64,000 bases of DNA from Auanema rhodensis. Lineage: Eukaryota; Animalia; Nematoda. The DNA lies in assembly GCA_964057225.1 (NCBI GenBank), contig OZ059899.1:10912001-10976000 (forward strand), written 5' to 3'. Position 1 is the first letter of the stretch. The number at the start of each line of letters is the position of its first letter. Below are positions 1 to 13,100 of this stretch, in pieces. A model generated the notes under the pieces. The model was not told the DNA's origin. It did not search any database and saw only the letters and a program-made list of their open reading frames with translations. Position numbers and translations under genes: made by a program.

Positions 1-65
1 TTTGTAACGATAGATCGTAATAGGATATGAATTGCTATAATATGAAAAAATACAAGACATAGTCA
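1..65. repeat. Partial unit of the 666-bp tRNA-Ile tandem array; the array probably continues left of the window
   Basis: Matches the array spacer tttgtaacgatagatcgtaatagga[t/a]atgaattgc...caagacatagtca seen in every downstream unit. Confidence 0.95.
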
Positions 66-1153
66 GTCGACATACAGACAAGACATTCTGCCTCAGCTTT
101 AATATGGTTAAAATAAAATAGAAGATCGGTTACCAGCCTTCTGGTTGATAGATCATCGGCTTGAAGAGCGGTTAGCTGATCGGCGTAGCTAGAAAAAAAT
201 CCTGCCCTACAAAAAACTGCACGCAAAAACTTTTTCTGTACGTTTTCTATACGAGCTTTGTTTTTGTTATCCTGTGGTGACCATACGACTGATGCGTACT
301 CAAGAATAGGACGAACATAGCAACAAAAAAGTCTAAACATTAAGACCGGGGATATAGAATGAAAACAACGTAGGATAATGCGGCATTTTTGAGCTGCCAA
401 GTTGCTAACATAGTTGATGTGACTACCAAATGATAAGTTTTGGTCTGTTAAAACTCCGAGGTCTTTATAGCTTGATGCTAGAGACAAAGGGAACTCACCG
501 AAAGAAAACGTTTTTTTAATGTTTTGAGATGAGCTATCATCAGAAAACACCATTATTTTAGTTTTGCTTGTGTTGACTCTCATTCCGTTGTTGTTACACC
601 AATCATTAAGAGAATTGAGTGCATTTTGAAGACTTACCCGGTTAGTGCTGTACAGCTTGAGATCGTCAGCAAATAAAGTGGAATGAACGTCATCAGGGAG
701 AAAAGATGTGATGTCGTTGATGTAAAAAAGAAAAAGAAGAGGGCCTAAAACAGTACCTTGAGGAACGCCACACAATAAATTGGTAGAGTTGGAGAGAGAA
801 TTATTGACCAAAACTGAGTAAGATCTGTTTGTGATGAAATTTTTGAGAAATGATAGAAGAGAGCCACGCACACCAATGGAGTGAAGTTTGTGGATCAGTA
901 TAGAGTGATTGATGAGGTCAAATGCTTTTGAGAAATCTATGAATGCAACAAAAACTGGTAAGGTTGAAATGCCAAAGTTGAGAAGAGGAGAGCTTATAAG
1001 ACGCTCAAAAACCTTGGAGAGACTAGGAGTAAGAGATATAGGACGATAATTGGAAGGAGTAGAACGATTGCCGGATTTGAAGATTGGTCGAATCCAAGCT
1101 TTTTTCCAAGCAGGAGGACAGGATGAGGAAACGAGAAGATTGTGAAAAATAAA
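66..1153 (-). mobile_element. Non-LTR retrotransposon (LINE, CR1/L2-like clade) RT fragment, truncated at both ends and internally deleted
   Basis: ORF 35..1225(-) has PPAWKKAWIRPIFKSG, YRPISLTPSLSKVFER, FIDFSKAFD, GVPQGTVLGPLLF, FADD, DLGV, YVRPILEYASVVWSP and IENVQKKF. The first ~24 and last ~9 codons of that ORF are array sequence. No endonuclease, 3' UTR or tail is present. Confidence 0.92.
87..1153 (-). pseudogene. LINE ORF2 reverse transcriptase remnant lacking RT subdomain 2 (QxGF)
   Basis: Only ~20 aa lie between SKVFER and DFSKAFD and the QxGF motif is absent. There is no native start or stop. Confidence 0.8.
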
Positions 1154-1376
1154 AGTTTTGTAACGATAGATCGTAATAGGAAATGAATTGCTATAATATG
1201 AAAAAATACAAGACATAGTCAACATTGATTTCCAAAAATAGTATCATGTTTGTTTGTTATTCAATTAGAACACTTATTTTTTGATTGTTTTCTTGAAATA
1301 TTCTTTTTTTTTCTTTAACAAAGTTATGACTGAGATCAAAATTTGAACTTACTTTTGAACAATTAAACAGAAATTT

Positions 1377-1382
1377 AAAAAA
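1377..1382 (-). terminator. Pol III oligo-T terminator (T6), present in nearly every unit
   Basis: TTTTTT on the minus strand, 4 nt after the discriminator base. Confidence 0.85.
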
Positions 1383-1386
1383 TATT

Positions 1387-1460
1387 TGCCGCCAGCAGGG
1401 GTCGAACCTGCGACCTTGGGCTTATTAGACCCACGCTCTAACCGACTGAGCTATGGCGGC
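1387..1460 (-). tRNA. tRNA-Ile, anticodon AAT (first copy; consensus sequence of the array)
   Basis: The reverse complement GCCGCCA TA GCTC AGTCGGTTA GAGC G TGGGT CTAATAA GCCCA AGGTC GCAGG TTCGACC CCTGC TGGCGGC A folds into a full cloverleaf. A and B boxes are intact; there is no intron and no encoded CCA. Confidence 0.97.
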
Positions 1461-1488
1461 TACGAAAGTACGAAATAACAAAGCGCTG

Positions 1489-1494
1489 ATTATA
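1489..1494 (-). promoter_or_regulatory. TATA-like element (TATAAT) about -34 to -29 from the mature tRNA 5' end, in each unit
   Basis: The plus-strand tgattatagg reads cctataatca on the minus strand, at the position expected for TFIIIB/TBP binding. Confidence 0.55.
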
Positions 1495-2051
1495 GGAAAC
1501 GTGAATGAATGCAGATATTCTCAATTCCGATTCATTAACTAGATCGTGGTCAGCATTTTACAACATTGATAAAATAGAAACTGAGAAAAAACATCAACAA
1601 ATGACACTATTAACTTGGTTTTTTGAACAGCTTTCTTATATTTCTTTTTTCACTATGAGAGAACTTATATTTATTGCTTTTTCAAAATTTTCCATTTTTA
1701 ACATTATACATCTTGACTATCACACATTGAGAACAACAGTTGGCAATGTTGGTTGTCACGTCATATTTCATGCAGTTAGATTTTCAGACACATTAATACC
1801 TTTAACCATTCTTCTAAAGAGTTTTGTAACGATAGATCGTAATAGAATATGAATTGCTATAATATGAAAAAATACAAGACATAGTCAACATTGATTTCCA
1901 AAAATAGTATCATGTTTGCTTGTTATTCAATTAGAACACTTATTTTTTGATTGTTTTCTTGAAATTTTCTTTTTTTTTTTTAACAAAGTTATGACTGAGA
2001 TCAAAATTTGAACTTACTTTTGAACAATTAAACAGAAATTTAAAAAATATT

Positions 2052-2125
2052 TGCCGCCGGCAGGGGTCGAACCTGCGACCTTGGGCTTATTAGACCCACG
2101 CTCTAACCGACTGAGCTATGGCGGC
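2052..2125 (-). tRNA. tRNA-Ile(AAT) variant with an acceptor-stem mismatch (T66>C)
   Basis: gccgccGgc instead of gccgccagc at 2059. Confidence 0.85.
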
Positions 2126-4051
2126 TACGAAAGTACGAAATAACAAAGCGCTGATTATAGGAAACGTGAATGAATGCAGATATTCTCAATTCCGATTCAT
2201 TAACTAGATCGTGGTCAGCATTTTACAACATTGATAAAATAGAAACTGAGAAAAAAACATCAACAAATAACACTATTAACTTGGTTTTTTAACAGCTTTT
2301 TTATATTTCTTTTTTCACTATGAGAGAACTTATATTTATTGCTTTTTCAAAATTTTCCATTTTTAACATTATACATCTTGACTATCACACATTGAGAACA
2401 ACAGTTGGCAATGTTGGTTGTCACGTCATATTTCATGCAGTTAGATTTTCAGACACATTAATACCTTTGACCATTCTTCTTATGAGTTTTGTAACAATAG
2501 ATCGTAATAGGAAATGAATTGCTATAATATGAAAAAATACAAGACATAGTCAACATTGATTTCCAAAAATAGTATCATGTTTGTTTGTTATTCAATTAGA
2601 ACACTTATTTTTTGATTGTTTTCTTGAAATATTCTTTTTTTTTCTTTAACAAAGTTATGACTGAGATCAAAATTTGAACTTACTTTTGAACAATTAAACA
2701 GAAATTTAAAAAATATTTGCCGCCAGCAGGGGTCGAACCTGCGACCTTGGGCTTATTAGACCCACGCTCTAACCGACTGAGCTATGGCGGCTACGAAAGT
2801 ACGAAATAACAAAGCGCTGATTATAGGAAACGTGAATGAATGCAGATATTCTCAATTCCGATTCATTAACTAGATCGTGGTCAGCATTTTACAACATTGA
2901 TAAAATAGAAACTGAGAAAAAAACATCAACAAATGACACTATTAACTTGGTTTTTTTAACAGCTTTTTTATATTTCTTTTTTCACTATGAGAGAACTTAT
3001 ATTTATTGTTTTTTCAAAATTTTCCATTTTTAACATTATACATCTTGACTATCACACATTGAGAACAACAGTTGGCAATGTTGGTTGTCACGTCATATTT
3101 CATGCAGATAGATTTTCAGACACATTAATACCTTTGACCATTCTTCTTATGAGTTTTGTAACAATAGATCGTAATAGGAAATGAATTGCTATAATATGAA
3201 AAAATACAAGACATAGTCAACATTGATTTCCAAAAATAGTATCATGTTTGTTTGTTATTCAATTAGAACACTTATTTTTTGATTGTTTTCTTGAAATATT
3301 CTTTTTTTTTCTTTAACAAAGTTATGACTGAGATCAAAATTTGAACTTACTTTTGAACAATTAAACAGAAATTTAAAAAATATTTGCCGCCAGCAGGGGT
3401 CGAACCTGCGACCTTGGGCTTATTAGACCCACGCTCTAACCGACTGAGCTATGGCGGCTACGAAAGTACGAAATAACAAAGCGCTGATTATAGGAAACGT
3501 GAATGAATGCAGATATTCTCAATTCCGATTCATTAACTAGATCGTGGTCAGCATTTTACAACATTGATAAAATAGAAACTGAGAAAAAAACATCAACAAA
3601 TGACACTATTAACTTGGTTTTTTTAACAGCTTTTTTATATTTCTTTTTTCACTATGAGAGAACTTATATTTATTGTTTTTTCAAAATTTTCCATTTTTAA
3701 CATTATACATCTTGACTATCACACATTGAGAACAACAGTTGGCAATGTTGGTTGTCACGTCAAGTTTCATGCAGTTAGATTTTCAGACACATTAATACCT
3801 TTGACCATTCTTCTTATGAGTTTTGTAACGATAGATCGTAATAGGAAATGAATTGCTATAATATGAAAAAATACAAGACATAGTCAACATTGATTTCCGA
3901 AAATAGTATCATGTTTGCTTGTTATTCAATTAGAACACTTATTTTTTGATTATTTTCTTGAAATATTCTTTTTTTTTCTTTAACAAAGTTATGACTGAGA
4001 TCAAAATTTGAACTTACTTTTGAACAATTAAACAGAAATTTAAAAAATATT

Positions 4052-4125
4052 TGCCGCCAGCAGGGGTCGAACCTGCGACCTTGGGCTAATTAGACCCACG
4101 CTCTAACCGACTGAGCTATGGCGGC
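4052..4125 (-). tRNA. tRNA-Ile(AAT) variant, A37>T
   Basis: gggctAattagac instead of gggcttattagac at 4088. Confidence 0.85.
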
Positions 4126-7100
4126 TACGAAAGTACGAAATAACAAAGCGCTGATTATAGGAAACGTGAATGAATGCAGATATTCTCAATTCCGATTCAT
4201 TAACTAGATCGTGGTCAGCATTTTACAACATTGATAAAATAGAAACTGAGAAAAAAACATCAACAAATAACACTATTAACTTGGTTTTTTAACAGCTTTT
4301 TTATATTTTTTTTCACTATGAGAGAACTTATATTTATTGCTTTTTCAAAATTTTCCATTTTTAACATTATACATCTTGACTATCACACATTGAGAACAAC
4401 AGTTGGCAATGTTGGTTGTCACGTCATATTTCATGCAGTTAGATTTTCAGACACATTAATACCTTTGACCATTCTTCTTATGAGTTTTGTAACAATAGAT
4501 CGTAATAGGAAATGAATTGCTATAATATGAAAAAATACAAGACATAGTCAACATTGATTTCCAAAAATAGTATCATGTTTGCTTGTTATTCAATTAGAAC
4601 ACTTATTTTTTGATTGTTTTCTTGAAATTTTCTTTTTTTTTTTTTAACAAAGTTATGACTGAGATCAAAATTTGAACTTACTTTTGAACAATTAAACAGA
4701 AATTTAAAAAATATTTGCCGCCAGCAGGGGTCGAACCTGCGACCTTGGGCTTATTAGACCCACGCTCTAACCGACTGAGCTATGGCGGCTACGAAAGTAC
4801 GAAATAACAAAGCGCTGATTATAGGAAACGTGAATGAATGCAGATATTCTCAATTCCGATTCATTAACTAGATCGTGGTCAGCATTTTACAACATTGATA
4901 AAATAGAAACTGAGAAAAAAACATCAACAAATAACACTATTAACTTGGTTTTTTAACAGCTTTTTTATATTTCTTTTTTCACTATGAGAGAACTTATATT
5001 TATTGCTTTTTCAAAATTTTCCATTTTTAACATTAAACATCTTGACTATCACACATTGAGAACAACAGTTGGCAATGTTGGTTGTCACGTCATATTTCAT
5101 GCAGTTAGATTTTCAGACACATTAATACCTTTGACCATTCTTCTTATGAGTTTTGTAACAATAGATCGTAATAGGAAATGAATTGCTATAATATGAAAAA
5201 ATACAAGACATAGTCAACATTGATTTCCAAAAATAGTATCATGTTTGCTTGTTATTCAATTAGAACACTTATTTTTTGATTGTTTTCTTGAAATATTCTT
5301 TTTTTTTTCTTTAACAAAGTTATGACTGAGATCAAAATTTGAACTTACTTTTGAACAATTAAACAGAAATTTAAAAAATATTTGCCGCCAGCAGGGGTCG
5401 AACCTGCGACCTTGGGCTTATTAGACCCACGCTCTAACCGACTGAGCTATGGCGGCTACGAAAGTACGAAATAACAAAGCGCTGATTATAGGAAACGTGA
5501 ATGAATGCAGATATTCTCAATTCCGATTCATTAACTAGATCGTGGTCAGCATTTTACAACATTGATAAAAAAGAAACTGAGAAAAAAACATCAACAAATA
5601 ACACTATTAACTTGGTTTTTTAACAGCTTTTTTATATTTTTTTTCACTATGAGAGAACTTATATTTATTGCTTTTTCAAAATTTTCCATTTTTAACATTA
5701 TACATCTTGACTATCACACATTGAGAACAACAGTTGGCAATGTTGGTTGTCACGTCATATTTCATGCAGTTAGATTTTCAGACACATTAATACCTTTGAC
5801 CATTCTTCTTATGAGTTTTGTAACAATAGATCGTAATAGGAAATGAATTGCTATAATATGAAAAAATACAAGACATAGTCAACATTGATTTCCAAAAATA
5901 GTATCATGTTTGCTTGTTATTCAATTAGAACACTTATTTTTTGATTGTTTTCTTGAAATATTCTTTTTTTTTCTTTAACAAAGTTATGACTGAGATCAAA
6001 ATTTGAACTTACTTTTGAACAATTAAACAGAAATTTAAAAAATATTTGCCGCCAGCAGGGGTCGAACCTGCGACCTTGGGCTTATTAGACCCACGCTCTA
6101 ACCGACTGAGCTATGGCGGCTACGAAAGTACGAAATAACAAAGCGCTGATTATAGGAAACGTGAATGAATGCAGATATTCTCAATTCCGATTCATTAACT
6201 AGATCGTGGTCAGCATTTTACAACATTGATAAAATAGAAACTGAGAAAAAAACATCAACAAATAACACTATTAACTTGGTTTTTTAACAGCTTTTTTATA
6301 TTTCTTTTTTCACTATGAGAGAACTTATATTTATTGCTTTTTCAAAATTTTCCATTTTTAACATTAAACATCTTGACTATCACACATTGAGAACAACAGT
6401 TGGCAATGTTGGTTGTCACGTCATATTTCATGCAGTTAGATTTTCAGACACATTAATACCTTTGACCATTCTTCTTATGAGTTTTGTAACAATAGATCGT
6501 AATAGGAAATGAATTGCTATAATATGAAAAAATACAAGACATAGTCAACATTGATTTCCAAAAATAGTATCATGTTTGCTTGTTATTCAATTAGAACACT
6601 TATTTTTTGATTGTTTTCTTGAAATATTCTTTTTTTTTTCTTTAACAAAGTTATGACTGAGATCAAAATTTGAACTTACTTTTGAACAATTAAACAGAAA
6701 TTTAAAAAATATTTGCCGCCAGCAGGGGTCGAACCTGCGACCTTGGGCTTATTAGACCCACGCTCTAACCGACTGAGCTATGGCGGCTACGAAAGTACGA
6801 AATAACAAAGCGCTGATTATAGGAAACGTGAATGAATGCAGATATTCTCAATTCCGATTCATTAACTAGATCGTGGTCAGCATTTTACAACATTGATAAA
6901 AAAGAAACTGAGAAAAAAACATCAACAAATAACACTATTAACTTGGTTTTTTAACAGCTTTTTTATATTTTTTTTCACTATGAGAGAACTTATATTTATT
7001 GCTTTTTCAAAATTTTCCATTTTTAACATTATACATCTTGACTATCACACATTGAGAACAACAGTTGGCAATGTTGGTTGTCACGTCATATTTCATGCAG

Positions 7101-10100
7101 TTAGATTTTCAGACACATTAATACCTTTGACCATTCTTCTTATGAGTTTTGTAACAATAGATCGTAATAGGAAATGAATTGCTATAATATGAAAAAATAC
7201 AAGACATAGTCAACATTGATTTCCAAAAATAGTATCATGTTTGCTTGTTATTCAATTAGAACACTTATTTTTTGATTGTTTTCTTGAAATTTTCTTTTTT
7301 TTTTTTCAACAAAGTTATGACTGAGATCAAAATTTGAACTTACTTTTGAACAATTAAACAGAAATTTAAAAAATATTTGCCGCCAGCAGGGGTCGAACCT
7401 GCGACCTTGGGCTTATTAGACCCACGCTCTAACCGACTGAGCTATGGCGGCTACGAAAGTACGAAATAACAAAGCGCTGATTATAGGAAACGTGAATGAA
7501 TGCAGATATTCTCAATTCCGATTCATTAACTAGATCGTGGTCAGCATTTTACAACATTGATAAAATAGAAACTGAGAAAAAAACATCAACAAATAACACT
7601 ATTAACTTGGTTTTTTAACAGCTTTTTTATATTTCTTTTTTCACTATGAGAGAACTTATATTTATTGCTTTTTCAAAATTTTCCATTTTTAACATTAAAC
7701 ATCTTGACTATCACACATTGAGAACAACAGTTGGCAATGTTGGTTGTCACGTCATATTTCATGCAGTTAGATTTTCAGACACATTAATACCTTTGACCAT
7801 TCTTCTTATGAGTTTTGTAACAATAGATCGTAATAGGAAATGAATTGCTATAATATGAAAAAATACAAGACATAGTCAACATTGATTTCCAAAAATAGTA
7901 TCATGTTTGCTTGTTATTCAATTAGAACACTTATTTTTTGATTGTTTTCTTGAAATATTCTTTTTTTTTTCTTTAACAAAGTTATGACTGAGATCAAAAT
8001 TTGAACTTACTTTTGAACAATTAAACAGAAATTTAAAAAATATTTGCCGCTAGCAGGGGTCGAACCTGCGACCTTGGGCTTATTAGACCCACGCTCTAAC
8101 CGACTGAGCTATGGCGGCTACGAAAGTACGAAATAACAAAGCGCTGATTATAGGAAACGTGAATGAATGAGATATTCTCAATTCCGATTCATTAACTAGA
8201 TCGTGGTCAGCATTTTACAACATTGATAAAATAGAAACTGAGAAAAAAACATCAACAAATAACACTATTAACTTGGTTTTTTAACAGCTTTTTTATATTT
8301 TTTTTCACTATGAGAGAACTTATATTTATTGCTTTTTCAAAATTTTCCATTTTTAACATTATACATCTTGACTATCACACATTGAGAACAACAGTTGGCA
8401 ATGTTGGTTGTCACGTCATATTTCATGCAGTTAGATTTTCAGACACATTAATACCTTTGACCATTCTTCTTATGAGTTTTGTAACAATAGATCGTAATAG
8501 GAAATGAATTGCTATAATATGAAAAAATACAAGACATAGTCAACATTGATTTCCAAAAATAGTATCATGTTTGCTTGTTATTCAATTAGAACAATTATTT
8601 TTTGATTGTTTTCTTGAAATATTCTTTTTTTTTTCTTTAACAAAGTTATGACTGAGATCAAAATTTGAACTTACTTTTGAACAATTAAACAGAAATTTAA
8701 AAAATATTTGCCGCCAGCAGGGGTCGAACCTGCGACCTTGGGCTTATTAGACCCACGCTCTAACCGACTGAGCTATGGCGGCTACGAAAGTGCGAAATAA
8801 CAAAGCGCTGATTATAGGAAACGTGAATGAATGAGATATTCTCAATTCCGATTCATTAACTAGATCGTGGTCAGCATTTTACAACATTGATAAAATAGAA
8901 ACTGAGAAAAAAACATCAACAAATGACACTATTAACTTGGTTTTTTTAACAGCTTTTTTATATTTCTTTTTTCACTATGAGAGAACTTATATTTATTGCT
9001 TTTTCAAAATTTTCCATTTTTAACATTATACATCTTGACTATCACACATTGAGAACAACAGTTGGCAATGTTGGTTGTCACGTCATGTTTCATGCAGTTA
9101 GATTTTCAGACACATTAATACCTTTGACCATTCTTCTTATGAGTTTTGTAACGATAGATCGTAATAGGAAATGAATTGCTATAATATGAAAAAATACAAG
9201 ACATAGTCAACATTGATTTCCCCAAATAGTATCATGTTTGCTTGTTATTCAATTAGAACACTTATTTTTTGATTGTTTTCTTGAAATATTCTTTTTTTTT
9301 TCTTTAACAAAGTTATGACTGAGATCAAAATTTGAACTTACTTTTGAACAATTAAACAGAAATTTAAAAAATATTTGCCGCCAGCAGGGGTCGAACCTGC
9401 GACCTTGGGCTTATTAGACCCACGCTCTAACCGACTGAGCTATGGCGGCTACGAAAGTACGAAATAACAGAGCGCTGATTATAGGAAACGTGAATGAATG
9501 CAGATATTCTCAATTCCGATTCATTAACTAGATCGTGGTCAGCATTTTACAACATTGATAAAATAGAAACTGAGAAAAAAACATCAACAAATAACACTAT
9601 TAACTTGGTTTTTTAACAGCTTTTTTATATTTCTTTTTTCACTATGAGAGAACTTATATTTATTGCTTTTTCAAAATTTTCCATTTTTAACATTATACAT
9701 CTTGACTATCACACATTGAGAACAACAGTTGGCAATGTTGGTTGTCACGTCATATTTCATGCAGTTAGATTTTCAGACACATTAATACCTTTGACCATTC
9801 TTCTTATGAGTTTTGTAACAATAGATCGTAATAGGAAATGAATTGCTATAATATGAAAAAATACAAGACATAGTCAACATTGATTTCCAAAAATAGTATC
9901 ATGTTTGTTTGTTATTCAATTAGAACACTTATTTTTTGATTGTTTTCTTGAAATATTCTTTTTTTTTCTTTAACAAAGTTATGACTGAGATCAAAATTTG
10001 AACTTACTTTTGAACAATTAAACAGAAATTTAAAAAATATTTGCCGCCAGCAGGGGTCGAACCTGCGACCTTGGGCTTATTAGACCCACGCTCTAACCGA

Positions 10101-13100
10101 CTGAGCTATGGCGGCTACGAAAGTACGAAATAACAAAGCGCTGATTATAGGAAACGTGAATGAATGCAGATATTCTCAATTCCGATTCATTAACTAGATC
10201 GTGGTCAGCATTTTACAACATTGATAAAATAGAAACTGAGAAAAAAACATCAACAAATAACACTATTAACTTGGTTTTTTAACAGCTTTTTTATATTTCT
10301 TTTTTCACTATGAGAGAACTTATATTTATTGCTTTTTCAAAATTTTCCATTTTTAACATTAAACATCTTGACTATCACACATTGAGAACAACAGTTGGCA
10401 ATGTTGGTTGTCACGTCATATTTCATGCAGTTAGATTTTCAGACACATTAATACCTTTGACCATTCTTCTTATGAGTTTTGTAACAATAGATCGTAATAG
10501 GAAATGAATTGCTATAATATGAAAAAATACAAGACATAGTCAACATTGATTTCCAAAAATAGTATCATGTTTGCTTGTTATTCAATTAGAACAATTATTT
10601 TTTGATTGTTTTCTTGAAATATTCTTTTTTTTTTCTTTAACAAAGTTATGACTGAGATCAAAATTTGAACTTACTTTTGAACAATTAAACAGAAATTTAA
10701 AAAATATTTGCCGCCAGCAGGGGTCGAACCTGCGACCTTGGGCTTATTAGACCCACGCTCTAACCGACTGAGCTATGGCGGCTACGAAAGTACGAAATAA
10801 CAAAGCGCTGATTATAGGAAACGTGAATGAATGAGATATTCTCAATTCCGATTCATTAACTAGATCGTGGTCAGCATTTTACAACATTGATAAAATAGAA
10901 ACTGAGAAAAAAACATCAACAAATGACACTATTAACTTGGTTTTTTTAACAGCTTTTTTATATTTCTTTTTTCACTATGAGAGAACTTATATTTATTGCT
11001 TTTTCAAAATTTTCCATTTTTAACATTATACATCTTGACTATCACACATTGAGAACAACAGTTGGCAATGTTGGTTGTCACGTCATGTTTCATGCAGTTA
11101 GATTTTCAGACACATTAATACCTTTGACCATTCTTCTTATGAGTTTTGTAACGATAGATCGTAATAGGAAATGAATTGCTATAATATGAAAAAATACAAG
11201 ACATAGTCAACATTGATTTCCCCAAATAGTATCATGTTTGCTTGTTATTCAATTAGAACACTTATTTTTTGATTGTTTTCTTGAAATATTCTTTTTTTTT
11301 CTTTAACAAAGTTATGACTGAGATCAAAATTTGAACTTACTTTTGAACAATTAAACAGAAATTTAAAAAATATTTGCCGCCAGCAGGGGTCGAACCTGCG
11401 ACCTTGGGCTTATTAGACCCACGCTCTAACCGACTGAGCTATGGCGGCTACGAAAGTACGAAATAACAAAGCGCTGATTATAGGAAACGTGAATGAATGC
11501 AGATATTCTCAATTCCGATTCATTAACTAGATCGTGGTCAGCATTTTACAACATTGATAAAATAGAAACTGAGAAAAAAACATCAACAAATGACACTATT
11601 AACTTGGTTTTTTTAACAGCTTTTTTATATTTCTTTTTTCACTATGAGAGAACTTATATTTATTGCTTTTTCAAAATTTTCCATTTTTAACATTATACAT
11701 CTTGACTATCACACATTGAGAACAACAGTTGGCAATGTTGGTTGTCACGTCATGTTTCATGCAGTTAGATTTTCAGACACATTAATACCTTTGACCATTC
11801 TTCTCATGAGTTTTGTAACGATAGATCGTAATAGGAAATGAATTGCTATAATATGAAAAAATACAAGACATAGTCAACATTGATTTCCGAAAATAGTATC
11901 ATGTTTGCTTGTTATTCAATTAGAACACTTATTTTTTGATTATTTTCTTGAAATATTCTTTTTTTTTCTTTAACAAAGTTATGACTGAGATCAAAATTTG
12001 AACTTACTTTTGAACAATTAAACAGAAATTTAAAAAATATTTGCCGCCAGCAGGGGTCGAACCTGCGACCTTGGGCTTATTAGACCCACGCTCTAACCGA
12101 CTGAGCTATGGCGGCTACGAAAGTACGAAATAACAAAGCGCTGATTATAGGAAACGTGAATGAATGCAGATATTCTCAATTCCGATTCATTAACTAGATC
12201 GTGGTCAGCATTTTACAACATTGATAAAATAGAAACTGAGAAAAAACATCAACAAATGACACTATTAACTTGGTTTTTTGAACAGCTTTTTTATATTTCT
12301 TTTTTCACTATGAGAGAACTTATATTTATTGCTTTTTCAAAATTTTCCATTTTTAACATTATACATCTTGACTATCACACATTGAGAACAACAGTTGGCA
12401 ATGTTGGTTGTCACGTCATATTTCATGCAGTTAGATTTTCAGACACATTAATACCTTTAACCATTCTTCTTATGAGTTTTGTAACGATAGATCGTAATAG
12501 GATATGAATTGCTATAATATGAAAAAATACAAGACATAGTCAACATTGATTTCCCCAAATAGTATCATGTTTGCTTGTTATTCAATTATAACACTTTTTT
12601 TTTGATTGTTTTCTTGAAATATTCTTTTTTTTCTTTAACAAAGTTATGACTGAGATCAAAATTTGAACTTACTTTTGAACAATTAAACAGAAATTTAGAA
12701 AATATTTGCCGCCAGCAGGGGTCGAACCTGCGACCTTGGGCTTATTAGACCCACGCTCTAACCGACTGAGCTATGGCGGCTACGAAAGTACGAAATAACA
12801 AAGCGCTGATTATAGGAAACGTGAATGAATGCAGATATTCTCAATTCCGATTCATTAACTAGATCGTGGTCAGCATTTTACAACATTGATAAAATAGAAA
12901 CTGAGAAAAAACATCAACAAATGACACTATTAACTTGGTTTTTTGAACAGCTTTTTTATATTTCTTTTTTCACTATTAGAGAACTTATATTTATTGCTTT
13001 TTCAAAATTTTCCATTTTTAACATTATACATCTTGACTATCACACATTGAGAACAACAGTTGGCAATGTTGGTTGTCACGTCATATTTCATGCAGTTAGA

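Noticed and set aside
1-1221. Long target-site duplication around the LINE fragment
   Set aside because: The flanks are tandem-repeat sequence and differ at a polymorphic base, so they more likely come from two different units.
1363-1370. piRNA upstream (Ruby) motif-like CTGTTTAA on the minus strand of each unit
   Set aside because: It mismatches the CTGTTTCA core and is expected by chance in AT-rich DNA; small-RNA data would be needed.
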